This document shows positions 31,136 to 40,035 of a stretch of DNA of 64,000 nucleotides, one piece after another. Source of the stretch: Hyalangium minutum (GTDB lineage: Bacteria; Myxococcota; Myxococcia; Myxococcales; Myxococcaceae); contig NZ_JMCB01000013.1 in the NCBI RefSeq assembly GCF_000737315.1, positions 186,001 to 250,000 on the forward strand, read 5' to 3'. The first letter of the stretch is position 1; the number at the start of each line of letters is the position of its first letter. Under the pieces are notes generated by a model. It saw nothing but the letters and a program-made list of their open reading frames with translations, did not search any database and was not told the origin of the DNA. The translations under genes and the position numbers were made by a program.

Positions 31136-31585
31136 ATGACGACCTTTCAGAACACCCAGAGCAACGGCTCTCACACCAGCGGCGACGATCAGGGGTTTGG
31201 CGAGCGCGTGGATCAGATCGGCTCGGAGGCCCAGCAGCTGTGGAGCAATGCGCGCACTGCGGTGTCGGACCTGGGCCAGACGCTGGATCTCAAGGGCCGG
31301 GTGGATCGCAACCCGTACGGGATGATGGCTGCGGCGATCGGCGTGGGCTACGTGCTGGGCGGGGGACTCTTCACCCCGCTGACCGGGCGGATCCTGAAGC
31401 TGGGCGTGCGCTTGGCGATGCTGCCCTTCGTCAAGGACGAGCTGCTGGGCATGGCCGAGGCCGCGCTCCAGGGCTATCAGGCGGGCCAGTCCAGCGTGGG
31501 CGGGCAGAGTGGGGGAGGGGGGCAGAGCGGCGCCACGGGAATCGGCACCTCGCCTCGGACGGGCGGTCCTGGCAACATCAGCTGA
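31136..31585 (+). CDS. Hypothetical membrane protein (ElaB-like amphipathic plus TM segment)
   Basis: VDRNPYGMMAAAIGVGYVLGGG and a Gly/Ser-rich tail. Confidence 0.7.
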   Translation: MTTFQNTQSNGSHTSGDDQGFGERVDQIGSEAQQLWSNARTAVSDLGQTLDLKGRVDRNPYGMMAAAIGVGYVLGGGLFTPLTGRILKLGVRLAMLPFVKDELLGMAEAALQGYQAGQSSVGGQSGGGGQSGATGIGTSPRTGGPGNIS

Positions 31586-31633
31586 GCCGTCGTTTGCGCG
31601 CCACATCTTCACTTGAACCCTGGGAGTTCCCGC

Positions 31634-31906
31634 ATGTTTGGAGTCAGTGACCTCAAGAAGTTGGACAAGGACGAGCTGCTCAACCTGATCGGGCTCGAGA
31701 CCCGGAAGGAGACCAGCGACTACCTGCTGCCGGCGCTGGGCGCCTTTACGGTGGGAGTGCTGCTGGGCGTGGGCGTGGGGCTGATGCTCGCGCCCAAGCC
31801 GGGCAATGAGCTCCGCAATGATCTGCGCAACCGGTTCCAGCCCGGCCAGGAGCCGGTTACGGGCGCTGGTGCGACGCGGACCGAGAACGTCTCGCGCGGC
31901 GTGTAG
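31634..31906 (+). CDS. YtxH-like small membrane protein
   Basis: GVLLGVGVGLMLAPKPGNELRNDLR matches the YtxH pattern. Confidence 0.75.
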   Translation: MFGVSDLKKLDKDELLNLIGLETRKETSDYLLPALGAFTVGVLLGVGVGLMLAPKPGNELRNDLRNRFQPGQEPVTGAGATRTENVSRGV

Positions 31907-31928
31907 CCGGGCACAGAGGGTTTCTCCT

Positions 31929-31979
31929 CGGGCCTCCCCTGGGCGCGCCACCCGCGTCCGGGCGGAGGCCCGTGCTTTT
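31929..31979 (+). terminator. Rho-independent terminator after the small membrane protein cluster
   Basis: CGGGCCTCC / GGAGGCCCG stem followed by TGCTTTT. Confidence 0.6.
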
Positions 31980-32056
31980 GGAGCGCTCCCTACCCAAGAG
32001 GTATGTCAGACCCAGCTGGTTTCATGAGGTCACCTGGAACGAGGAAGGTGGCGGAC

Positions 32057-33172
32057 ATGGAACCGATGGGGCTCGTCTCACGCGTCGCGGGGGATTTGGA
32101 GCGGCTGATCGCGCAGGACCGGCTGCCGAGGGATGGACGGCTTCCCTCGGAGCGACTGCTCTCGCGGCAGTATGGCGTCTCACGGACGACGGTCCGGGAG
32201 GCGTTGAGTCACTTGGCATCGCGAGGGCTGATCGTGCAGCACCCGGGCCGTAGGAGCCGCGCGGTGGTGCTGGACGAGACCGTGAACCTGGAGACTCTGG
32301 GGGTGGCGCTGCAGGGAGAAGGCCCAGCGCACCCAGAGAGGAGCCGGCTGCTGGAAGGGTTCCTCTCGCTCAAGCGGGAGCTGATGGTGGAGTTGCTGGC
32401 CATCTGCGGCGAGCGCGCTTCCAAGGAGGAACTGGACCTGCTGGCGAATGCCTGTTTGGCGCTGAGGGATGCTGCTCGCTGGGAGGAGAACCGAGGCCAG
32501 TGGGCTGTGTGGGAGTTCGAACTTCTGAGGCGCGCGGCCCGCGTAGCCGATCGTCCTGGGCACGTGCTGCTCATCCATTCATTGGAGAGATCCTTTTGGA
32601 AGATGGCAGGCCGGGTGCTGCCGCATCTTGATTCCGAGGCCATCTGCCGGTGGGCCGAGTGCGCGTTCTACGCTCTGGTGACGAAGGACGTGCAGGCCCT
32701 GCGCAAAGACCTGCTGCCACTGTTGGAGTCTTGCGATGAGCGGCTTTTTGGCAGCCGCGAGAGAGTCGGCAAGAAGGCCGGCTCGTACACAGCGTTGCCT
32801 GCGGAGGTGACCGATTCCGAAGACATCCCCTCCGGAGCCACTCCCTTCGAAGCTTGCACCGTTGAAGCCACTGCTTCCGAGAGTGCTCCTCCCGAACTCA
32901 GGGTTGCCGAGCCTCCTTCTTCTGCGGCTCCCTTGTTCGAGGTCGCCATCGGTGAGGAAGTAACTTCCGACGGCTCCTCCTCCACCTCTGTAGGACCCAT
33001 CTTCTCAGTGGGACTTGGGGCTGAGGAGAACTCGGCGCCCGAGGTCTCCGATAGACAGGGGCTGGCGGGCGCGGTTTGGACGAGGTGGTCTGATTGTCAG
33101 ACCAGTTCGTACGAAACGACGTCGGCAGGCGCTCCTTCGCCCGAGCCAGACAGCGGCTGGCGGTCGGGTTGA
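32057..33172 (+). CDS. GntR (FadR subfamily) regulator with a long acidic low-complexity tail
   Basis: wHTH LPSERLLSRQYGVSRTTVREAL and an FCD-like helical domain; roughly the last 110 aa are S/E/A/P-rich with lower GC3. Confidence 0.85.
   Translation: MEPMGLVSRVAGDLERLIAQDRLPRDGRLPSERLLSRQYGVSRTTVREALSHLASRGLIVQHPGRRSRAVVLDETVNLETLGVALQGEGPAHPERSRLLEGFLSLKRELMVELLAICGERASKEELDLLANACLALRDAARWEENRGQWAVWEFELLRRAARVADRPGHVLLIHSLERSFWKMAGRVLPHLDSEAICRWAECAFYALVTKDVQALRKDLLPLLESCDERLFGSRERVGKKAGSYTALPAEVTDSEDIPSGATPFEACTVEATASESAPPELRVAEPPSSAAPLFEVAIGEEVTSDGSSSTSVGPIFSVGLGAEENSAPEVSDRQGLAGAVWTRWSDCQTSSYETTSAGAPSPEPDSGWRSG
33083..33107. repeat. Third copy of the FadR-operator-like inverted repeat, inside the GntR gene tail
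   Basis: The minus strand reads AACTGGTCTG-ACAAT-CAGACCACCT; its first 22 nt match 15315-15336 at 21 positions. Confidence 0.7.
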
Positions 33173-33354
33173 CCCCACAGAGTCGGCCTCTTCGCCCCGG
33201 TAAGGTGGAGCAACTCAAGTGGGTTCGCTATGAGGCCGCGAGCGTGCTTGCCGGTGGACTCCATGGCGCTCGGGGCTTGGGCCTTCCGGGCATGGCTCTG
33301 CAGGAGAACCCGTTCCTTGGGTTCACGTTCTGGCACTAGGGTAGACTGCGCGTC

Positions 33355-34452
33355 ATGGCCAAGGGCAGGACTCCGAAGCAACGTCGGCCGGGAACGGGCA
33401 CCAAGCGCAAAGCGGACCCGTCACCGCCGAAGAGAACGACCTCCGCCATCGTGACGACGGGCAGGAAGAGGCCCGTGCTTGCACCGACGCGTTCCGAAGC
33501 GCCTGCTCTTGTGCAGGGAATCTCGGAGGCTCGCCAAGATCTATCGAGAGAACTCCCGACGGCGGTCCCTGTGCCCGGGGAGAGCCGTGAGGGGTCCGAG
33601 GCGGTGCTTGCGCGGTTGCGCAGCTTGGAGACGCTGGAGACGGCTTATGAGGCGTGGCTCGCGCTGAAACTGGAGCACAGTGCCGCCCGCCTTCGCTTCA
33701 AGGAGGAGCGTGAGCGCCTGGATCAGCAGGGTTCGTTCCTCGTGGGCGCTGTTCGCGCAGCGGGCGTCGAGCCCAGGCCTGGCAGTGAGCCCGGTTTGCT
33801 TCCTGCTGGCGCTGAGAGCTTCCTTCGTAACGCCGAAGCCAAGCTCGCGCACGCTCGCGAGGAACTGGCTCGCAGGGAGGTGGAGTCGGAGGCCTTCTAT
33901 CAGAAGGGCTTCGATGAGATCCGCACTACGCTCACCGATCGCGTCCAGCGCTACCTTGCCTCGTCTCGCCCCAGCTTGAAGCTGCTCTTGCGCAAGCTGG
34001 GGGTGACGCGCTCCATTTTGCACGTGGCACGGGTTGGCGGTGACGAGAGCGTGCTGCTCTGCTTTCTCTTCACCGGACGCATTCCCACCCGCTACGGCTT
34101 CCTCTTCGATGACTCCACCGAGGACGTCTCGCTGGCCCCCGCGCCCCTTTATCCGGATGAAGGCGTGGACATGCAGGGCACTCGCCCTGATGCCACGGCC
34201 CTGGGGGCGCGGATGGGGGCTCCCGGTGGGGCATTGCCACTCAAGGGGTTCTTGCCCGTCTTCGTCCCTCGCCCCGAGGGTGGAGAGGACTTCTTCCGGC
34301 TGCTCCAACGTGGACCCGTGATGGAGGTCGAGGTCGCCGACGGCGCCACGTTCCGCAATATCCTCTCCCGCGAGGAGTCAGAGCGCTTCGCGGGCCACCT
34401 GCTGCGGCTGAAGCTCGAAGAGAAGATCGAACTTGAGATCGAGGCTGGCTGA
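33355..34452 (+). CDS. Hypothetical protein (basic N-terminus, coiled-coil middle)
   Basis: 365-aa ORF with plausible codon usage that fills the gap between its neighbours; no family recognised. Confidence 0.7.
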   Translation: MAKGRTPKQRRPGTGTKRKADPSPPKRTTSAIVTTGRKRPVLAPTRSEAPALVQGISEARQDLSRELPTAVPVPGESREGSEAVLARLRSLETLETAYEAWLALKLEHSAARLRFKEERERLDQQGSFLVGAVRAAGVEPRPGSEPGLLPAGAESFLRNAEAKLAHAREELARREVESEAFYQKGFDEIRTTLTDRVQRYLASSRPSLKLLLRKLGVTRSILHVARVGGDESVLLCFLFTGRIPTRYGFLFDDSTEDVSLAPAPLYPDEGVDMQGTRPDATALGARMGAPGGALPLKGFLPVFVPRPEGGEDFFRLLQRGPVMEVEVADGATFRNILSREESERFAGHLLRLKLEEKIELEIEAG

Positions 34453-34579
34453 GGGGTGGTGAGGCAGGCCGCTGCCGCGCCTCGGAGGATCCGCCGATTT
34501 CATCCGAGGATTCACTCTCCTCCCGGAGTCCGTCCGCTCGTACTCATGTCCCATGACACTGGCCTCCGTGAGGCAGAGC

Positions 34580-35521
34580 ATGACGGGACAGGATGTGGAA
34601 ACCGTGGATGTGGTGATTGTCGGAGGCGGACCTGCGGGCCTGAACGCCGCCCTGACGCTGGGCCGCGCCCGGAAGCGGGTGCTGCTCTGCGACGCCGGGC
34701 CTCCTCGGAATGCCGCGGCCGAGCACATTCACGGCTTCGTCACCCGTGACGGAACGCCACCCCGGGAGTTCCGCCAGATCGCCCGTGAGCAGCTGCGGCC
34801 CTACGGCGTCCAGCTTCGCGAGGCACGCGTGGAGGCCGTACAGACGCTCGCCTCCGGCTTTCAGGTGGTTCTTCAGGGCGCAGGTGCCGTGAGTGCCCGT
34901 CGCGTGCTGCTGGCCACAGGCATGGTGGATGTGCTTCCAGACCTGCCGGGGTTCCGGGAGCTCTGGGGCAAGAGCATCTTCCAGTGCCCTTACTGCCACG
35001 GCTGGGAAGTCCAAGGGCAGGCCTTTGGTGTGCTCGCCACCCAGCCGCCGCTTCTGGACTTTGCCCTGTTTCTCACGGGGTGGTCCCCGCACATCACCGT
35101 GTTCACCGAGCAGCGCTTCGAGCTCCCTCCAGAGCAGCGGGAGCGCCTCCTGCGCGCTGGCGTGCAGCTCGAGGAGCGGCGCATCCGCCGGCTGCTCCCA
35201 GGAGCTGAGGACGGAGCGAGGGCTGGGTTGCTCGAAGCGGTGGAGTTGGAGGATGGGACGCGGGTGGCTCGGGAGGTGCTTTTCGCGCCCCCTCCCCAAC
35301 AGCAGTCACGGGTGGTTCAGCAACTCGGGCTCGCGCTGGATGAACTGGGGTGCGTCCGCGTGAACGCTCACTATGAGACCTCCATCCCGGGCATTTATGC
35401 CGCCGGGGATCTGACGACGCGTCTTCAAGGCGCGGTGATCGCCGCCGCCGCCGGGTGTGCGGCCGCCTCCATGCTGAACCATGCCCTCAACCTCGAGAGC
35501 GCTGAGCATGGAAGCCGTTGA
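34580..35521 (+). CDS. TrxB-like FAD-dependent disulfide oxidoreductase
   Basis: VIVGGGPAG, LLATG, redox motif CPYCHGWE and GIYAAGD. Confidence 0.9.
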   Translation: MTGQDVETVDVVIVGGGPAGLNAALTLGRARKRVLLCDAGPPRNAAAEHIHGFVTRDGTPPREFRQIAREQLRPYGVQLREARVEAVQTLASGFQVVLQGAGAVSARRVLLATGMVDVLPDLPGFRELWGKSIFQCPYCHGWEVQGQAFGVLATQPPLLDFALFLTGWSPHITVFTEQRFELPPEQRERLLRAGVQLEERRIRRLLPGAEDGARAGLLEAVELEDGTRVAREVLFAPPPQQQSRVVQQLGLALDELGCVRVNAHYETSIPGIYAAGDLTTRLQGAVIAAAAGCAAASMLNHALNLESAEHGSR

Positions 35522-36455
35522 GGCCCCTCGAGGTTCTGGCTACGAAGGCGCGATGCCCAGTCCCCGTGCACCGCAGCGCCCACGACGCGAGCCCTCTCGC
35601 GAAGACTTCGAATCGCTCCGGGTGCCTCTTTGGGTCAGCCGCTATGAGCACGAGGAGCGTGTTCCCTGCGGCCCCCCTGGCCCTGCCGTTCACACCTATG
35701 CGGTCATCATCCTCGTCACACGAGGCCAGGCGCGAGTTCGTCACGCGGGCGAGCAGGTGCTGCGGGCCGGAGATGTTCACCTCATTCCTCCCGGAGATCC
35801 GCATGGGCCGGCTCATCTCGAGGAGGTCGAGGGATGGGCGCTCGCTTTCCGGCCCGAGGCCCTGTCCCAGGAGGACGCGGGGTGGGGGAGCGAGAGCGCG
35901 GTCCACCTGGGGCCCTTTGTCCGGATCCGCAGCGGGTGCCACCCCGTGCTCCGGCCTTCTCCGGCTCAGCGCGGCCGGCTCTTGCACTGGTTCAAGCTCA
36001 TCCAGGCGGAGCTTGCCCAGGAGGAGCCCGGACGGGACGACGCCCTTCGCGCCCTGCTCCGGCTGGTGCTCGTCGAGCTGTCACGCATCGAGGCGCCCCA
36101 GAGCACTCCCGAGCTCGTGGGCCTCAGCCTGGCCCGACGTGCCCTCACGCATATCGAGGCCCACTGCCTCCAGCCGCTGTCGCTGACGGAGGTGGCGGCC
36201 GCCCTGGGCCGCTCCCCCACGCATGTGGCGGGCGTCGTCCGCCGGGAGACAGGGCGGACCGTCGGCGAGTGGATCCTGGAGTACCGCATGGCCGAGGCCC
36301 GCCGGCGCCTCCGGGGCACCGACGAGCGCGTGGACATCATCGCCGAGCGCGTGGGTTACGCGGATGTGACGCACTTCATCCGCCTCTTCCGGCGCGTCCA
36401 CGGCGTCACGCCTGCCGCCTGGAGGCGCCGGGTGACCAGCGCTTCCGGGGGCTGA
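35508..36455 (+). CDS. AraC-family regulator (cupin plus HTH)
   Basis: HTYAV...HLIPPGDPH cupin; LSLTEVAAALG...IIAERVGYADVTHFIRLFRR. Start uncertain (35508 or 35553). Confidence 0.92.
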   Translation: MEAVEAPRGSGYEGAMPSPRAPQRPRREPSREDFESLRVPLWVSRYEHEERVPCGPPGPAVHTYAVIILVTRGQARVRHAGEQVLRAGDVHLIPPGDPHGPAHLEEVEGWALAFRPEALSQEDAGWGSESAVHLGPFVRIRSGCHPVLRPSPAQRGRLLHWFKLIQAELAQEEPGRDDALRALLRLVLVELSRIEAPQSTPELVGLSLARRALTHIEAHCLQPLSLTEVAAALGRSPTHVAGVVRRETGRTVGEWILEYRMAEARRRLRGTDERVDIIAERVGYADVTHFIRLFRRVHGVTPAAWRRRVTSASGG

Positions 36456-36466
36456 GCCGCGCAGGG

Positions 36467-37330
36467 CTATTGCGTGTGCACCACGCCCACGTCCGCGGTG
36501 CCGGCCAGCAGCGCGCTTCCCAGGAAGAGGTTCTCCGACTGGGGGCCCCCAGTGCGAACCGACTGGAAGATGACCAGGTACGTCTGCTTCGGCAGAGGGA
36601 AGGCACTGCCGGGGATCGTTACGCGCTTCACCTTCCAGTCTACCGGCGCGGCGACGAGCTTGATGAAGTCCAGCGGAGCCTTCGGCACGTTCGTGTAGGT
36701 GGGCTCGCCCTGCTGGCCGCTGTCGCTCACCGGGATCACCGTCACGAAGCCCAGCGTCCGCTCCTGCCCAGAGGCCGGCTCTGCTCGGTCGAACGCCAGC
36801 TCCGTGTTAGCCGCCATCCGCACCACCCCCGCCGCCGGATGCAACGCGGGGATGTTCTCCCGGGCGGGCGCCTCCTTCACCTGGCCGACGAACTTCTCGC
36901 CCCCGCGCTCGGCGATGAATTCATAGGTGGCCCCGTTCTGGTATGTCAGCGTCGCGTCGCTGTTGCTCGAGCGGCTGTACGAGCCAAAGCCGTCGCTGGT
37001 GAGGGACACCTTCTGGGTGCCGTTGGTCTGTATTGTCACCGTGGCACCCGTCAGGCCCTCGGGGGTGGCGTTCGTTCCGTTGCGCGTGCCCATGAAGACC
37101 ACGGCCGCTGTCTGGCCCGGGAGGGTGAAGGAGGACTGGCCTCCGTCCGCCTGCACGCCCCCGTCCAGGCCCGCGACGGCCTCGGGCGAGATGGCCACAT
37201 CCGGTGTGGAGAGCAGGGTGCCCACCATCACCGTCTCGGCGGAGATCTGGTTCGCGGTCTTCTCGAGATCGCACGCCAGGGGTGCAAGGCAGCAGACGGC
37301 TACAGCGGAAAGCAGGAAGAGGCGTTTCAT
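36467..37330 (-). CDS. Lipoprotein of unknown function
   Basis: MKRLFLLSAVAVCCLAPLAC lipobox; beta-rich mature region. Confidence 0.8.
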   Translation of the reverse strand: MKRLFLLSAVAVCCLAPLACDLEKTANQISAETVMVGTLLSTPDVAISPEAVAGLDGGVQADGGQSSFTLPGQTAAVVFMGTRNGTNATPEGLTGATVTIQTNGTQKVSLTSDGFGSYSRSSNSDATLTYQNGATYEFIAERGGEKFVGQVKEAPARENIPALHPAAGVVRMAANTELAFDRAEPASGQERTLGFVTVIPVSDSGQQGEPTYTNVPKAPLDFIKLVAAPVDWKVKRVTIPGSAFPLPKQTYLVIFQSVRTGGPQSENLFLGSALLAGTADVGVVHTQ

Positions 37331-37421
37331 CTGAATCGAATCCTTCCAAGAAGCCCGGCCCTGCAAGAGAGCATATCAGTCCCCCCCACGACAGGCGCGG
37401 GCGCGGTATCCTTGTGGCCCC

Positions 37422-40031
37422 GTGCAGAGCCGCCCCGTCCAGTCCTCCGGCCGCCGCTTCCTCAAGCGGCTGGGGTTTGCCCTCCTTCAGACCGCCATCT
37501 TCGGCTCCCTGATTGGCGGGCTCGTCTACGTCCGCGTGCCGCGGACGCAGCTGGACTCAGAGGGGGCTCCGCAGACGGTCCTCACCTGGCTGGTGGGTCT
37601 TATCGAGCGCCCCGAGAGCCTCACCTATGACGCCCGCGCGCGAGCCCTTGGGGAGTCCCTCCAGCGGCAGCGCCTCAAGGATGCCCAGCACCCGGAGCGC
37701 GTCGTCGTCGTGACGGTGGACGACGACACCCTGAGCAACGCGCAACAGAGCCAGCACCGGGAGCTCGCCTCCTACCCTTGGCCCCGCGAGGTGATGGGCG
37801 GGATGACGCGCCGGCTGGTAGAGGAGGGCGCTTCCATCGTGTTGATCGACACGCTCTTCCCCGAGTTGAGCCCGCGCGGGTGCTTCACCCAGGATCCTCA
37901 GGCCGAAGGGGGCTCCGAAGAGGCCTCCGATGACGAGCTCTTCCGCAAGGGGCTCAGCCAGGATCCCGGCCGCTCCGTGCTCGCCTTCAGCTGGAGTGTC
38001 CCCCGGGCCAGCCCGCCCTCGTTCCAGCTGTGGCCCTACCGCGCACGCGTGGGCTCGCACCCGGGACAGGCCGACGCCCGCACCCAGGCCCAGCAGGTGC
38101 TCGCCCTGCAGCGGCCCGCCTTCCTCATTCCCTCAGGAGATCGGGTGGAGGTGTGGGCCGGCGTCGAGGATGAGCGCGAAGGCCAGGTGCTCGCCGCCAA
38201 GCTCGGCTCGCCCCCGGCCCCGGCCCTCGTCCGGGAGCGCCGCAGCGCGGATGACGCCTCGCGAATCACTCCGCTGGATCTCTTCGTCTCGCTGGCCGAG
38301 GTGGAGGTAGAGGGGCTCGATCCTTCCCTGTTGCTGAAGGTGCGCACGCTGCGCCACCCCGTGGTGCAACTGCTGGGCTCCCAGAGCCTCCTGGGCTCGG
38401 TGACGGCCTTCCCGGACGCCGATGGCGTCGTCCGGGGCATGCTCCACCTCGTCAATTACGAGCCCCGCGAGGGCGAACACCACATCCTCCCCTCGCAGCC
38501 CCTGGCCGCCGCCATGAAGCTGGCGGGCACCCGGAAGCTCCGCTACGCCGATGGCCGCCTCTCCGTGGGCGACGCCTACTCGTTCCCCATGGACGAGACG
38601 GGCTACAGCCTCACGCGCTGGGAGGCCGGAGACGCGGGCCGCACGGCGGGCGCCTCGGTGTTCCGCACCCTCCGCGCCTGGAACATCCTGCTCAACCTCT
38701 TCGATCTCCGCGAAGGCCGGCCGCCGCGCTCGGCGCATGATCTCGAGCAGCGCGCCGTCGTCCTCACGAACACCTCCACCTATGCCACCGAGTACCGCGC
38801 CACGCCCATTGGCGAGACGACGCCTCGGGGCGCCGTGCTCGCGCAGTCGCTGGAGAACATCCTTCAGTCCGAGGGCATCGTCCGGGCCCCGCCCCGGATG
38901 GACCTGTACCTGACGATGGGCATGGCCTTCTTCGGGGCCACCATCGCCTTCTTCTTCAGCCGCAGCTTCCGCTCCGGCTTCGGTGCCGTCCTCTACTTCT
39001 CCAGCGCGGTGGCCGCGCTCGTGGCCTACTACTTCGTGGCCCGCTACGTCTTCGTGGAGAAGCAGCTGTGGATCGCCGTCGCCGGTCCGCAGTTCGCCAT
39101 GGTGGCCACGTTCCTCCTCACCACCGTGTACACCGTCCGCACGGAGGACGAGATCCGCGACTTCGTCAACCACGCGCTCGGCCGCTACGTGAGCCCCGAG
39201 GTGGCCCGGCTCGTCACGAGAGATCTCTCCCTGCTGGTGCACCCCGAGCGCCGGCCGATGACGATCTTCTTCTGTGACATCGCCGGCTTCACCCGGCTCT
39301 CCGAGCAGATGGAGCCGCTGCGGCTCGTCCAGTTCCTCAACGAGTACCTCACGGAGATGACGCTGGCGGTGCGTGCCTCGGGCGGCCAGGTGGACAAGTA
39401 CATCGGCGACACGGTGATGGCCTTCTGGGGCGCCCCCGTGCGCACCGATCGCCATGCCCACCTGGCCTGTGACGCCTTCCTGAAGATGCACGCCCTGGTG
39501 CAGGAGCGCCAGGAGGCCTGGGTGAAGAAGTACGGCCAGCGCATCCTGTTCCGCGCTGGCATCAACAGCGGCGACGTCGTCGTGGGCGACATGGGCACCG
39601 AGCTCAAGTCCAACTACACCGTGTTCGGCGACGCCGTGGGCCTGGCCTCGTGGCTGGAGGGCTGCAACAAGTTCTACGGCACCGTGGCCCTGGTGGGGGA
39701 GGCGACCGCCCAGCTCGCTCGCGACGCCTACGTCTTCCGGGAGGTGGATCGCGTGCTGGTGAAGAACAAGCCCACGCCCATCCGTCTCCATGAGCTGCTC
39801 GGGCGCCACGGGGAGATCTCTCCGCGCATGCAGGAGCAGCTCGGCCTCTACGAGCAGGCGTTGACCGCCTATCACCAGCGCCGCTTCAACGAGGCGCTCG
39901 AATTGTTCGAGCGCTGCTCCTCGGAGTATCAGGACACCGTCGCAGCCGTGTATGCGGGCCGGTGCCGTCGCTTCCTCGTCAGCGCCCCGGCGGAGGACTG
40001 GGATGGCGTCTACGAAGTCGGGGAGAAGTGA
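37422..40031 (+). CDS. CHASE2-domain class III adenylate/guanylate cyclase homolog (degenerate active site)
   Basis: CHASE2 motifs (VVTVDDDT, YPWPR, DADGVVR, TPIG..PRG), 3 TM helices, FCDIAGFT, DKYIGD and GINSG. The N/R motif reads GDAVGLASWLEG. Confidence 0.9.
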   Translation: MQSRPVQSSGRRFLKRLGFALLQTAIFGSLIGGLVYVRVPRTQLDSEGAPQTVLTWLVGLIERPESLTYDARARALGESLQRQRLKDAQHPERVVVVTVDDDTLSNAQQSQHRELASYPWPREVMGGMTRRLVEEGASIVLIDTLFPELSPRGCFTQDPQAEGGSEEASDDELFRKGLSQDPGRSVLAFSWSVPRASPPSFQLWPYRARVGSHPGQADARTQAQQVLALQRPAFLIPSGDRVEVWAGVEDEREGQVLAAKLGSPPAPALVRERRSADDASRITPLDLFVSLAEVEVEGLDPSLLLKVRTLRHPVVQLLGSQSLLGSVTAFPDADGVVRGMLHLVNYEPREGEHHILPSQPLAAAMKLAGTRKLRYADGRLSVGDAYSFPMDETGYSLTRWEAGDAGRTAGASVFRTLRAWNILLNLFDLREGRPPRSAHDLEQRAVVLTNTSTYATEYRATPIGETTPRGAVLAQSLENILQSEGIVRAPPRMDLYLTMGMAFFGATIAFFFSRSFRSGFGAVLYFSSAVAALVAYYFVARYVFVEKQLWIAVAGPQFAMVATFLLTTVYTVRTEDEIRDFVNHALGRYVSPEVARLVTRDLSLLVHPERRPMTIFFCDIAGFTRLSEQMEPLRLVQFLNEYLTEMTLAVRASGGQVDKYIGDTVMAFWGAPVRTDRHAHLACDAFLKMHALVQERQEAWVKKYGQRILFRAGINSGDVVVGDMGTELKSNYTVFGDAVGLASWLEGCNKFYGTVALVGEATAQLARDAYVFREVDRVLVKNKPTPIRLHELLGRHGEISPRMQEQLGLYEQALTAYHQRRFNEALELFERCSSEYQDTVAAVYAGRCRRFLVSAPAEDWDGVYEVGEK

Positions 40032-40035
40032 CGCC

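Noticed and set aside
33331-33347. TGGCACTAGGGTAGACT as a sigma54 promoter for 33355
   Set aside because: No GC at -12, no enhancer sites, and TAGACT fits a sigma70 -10 equally well; ambiguous.
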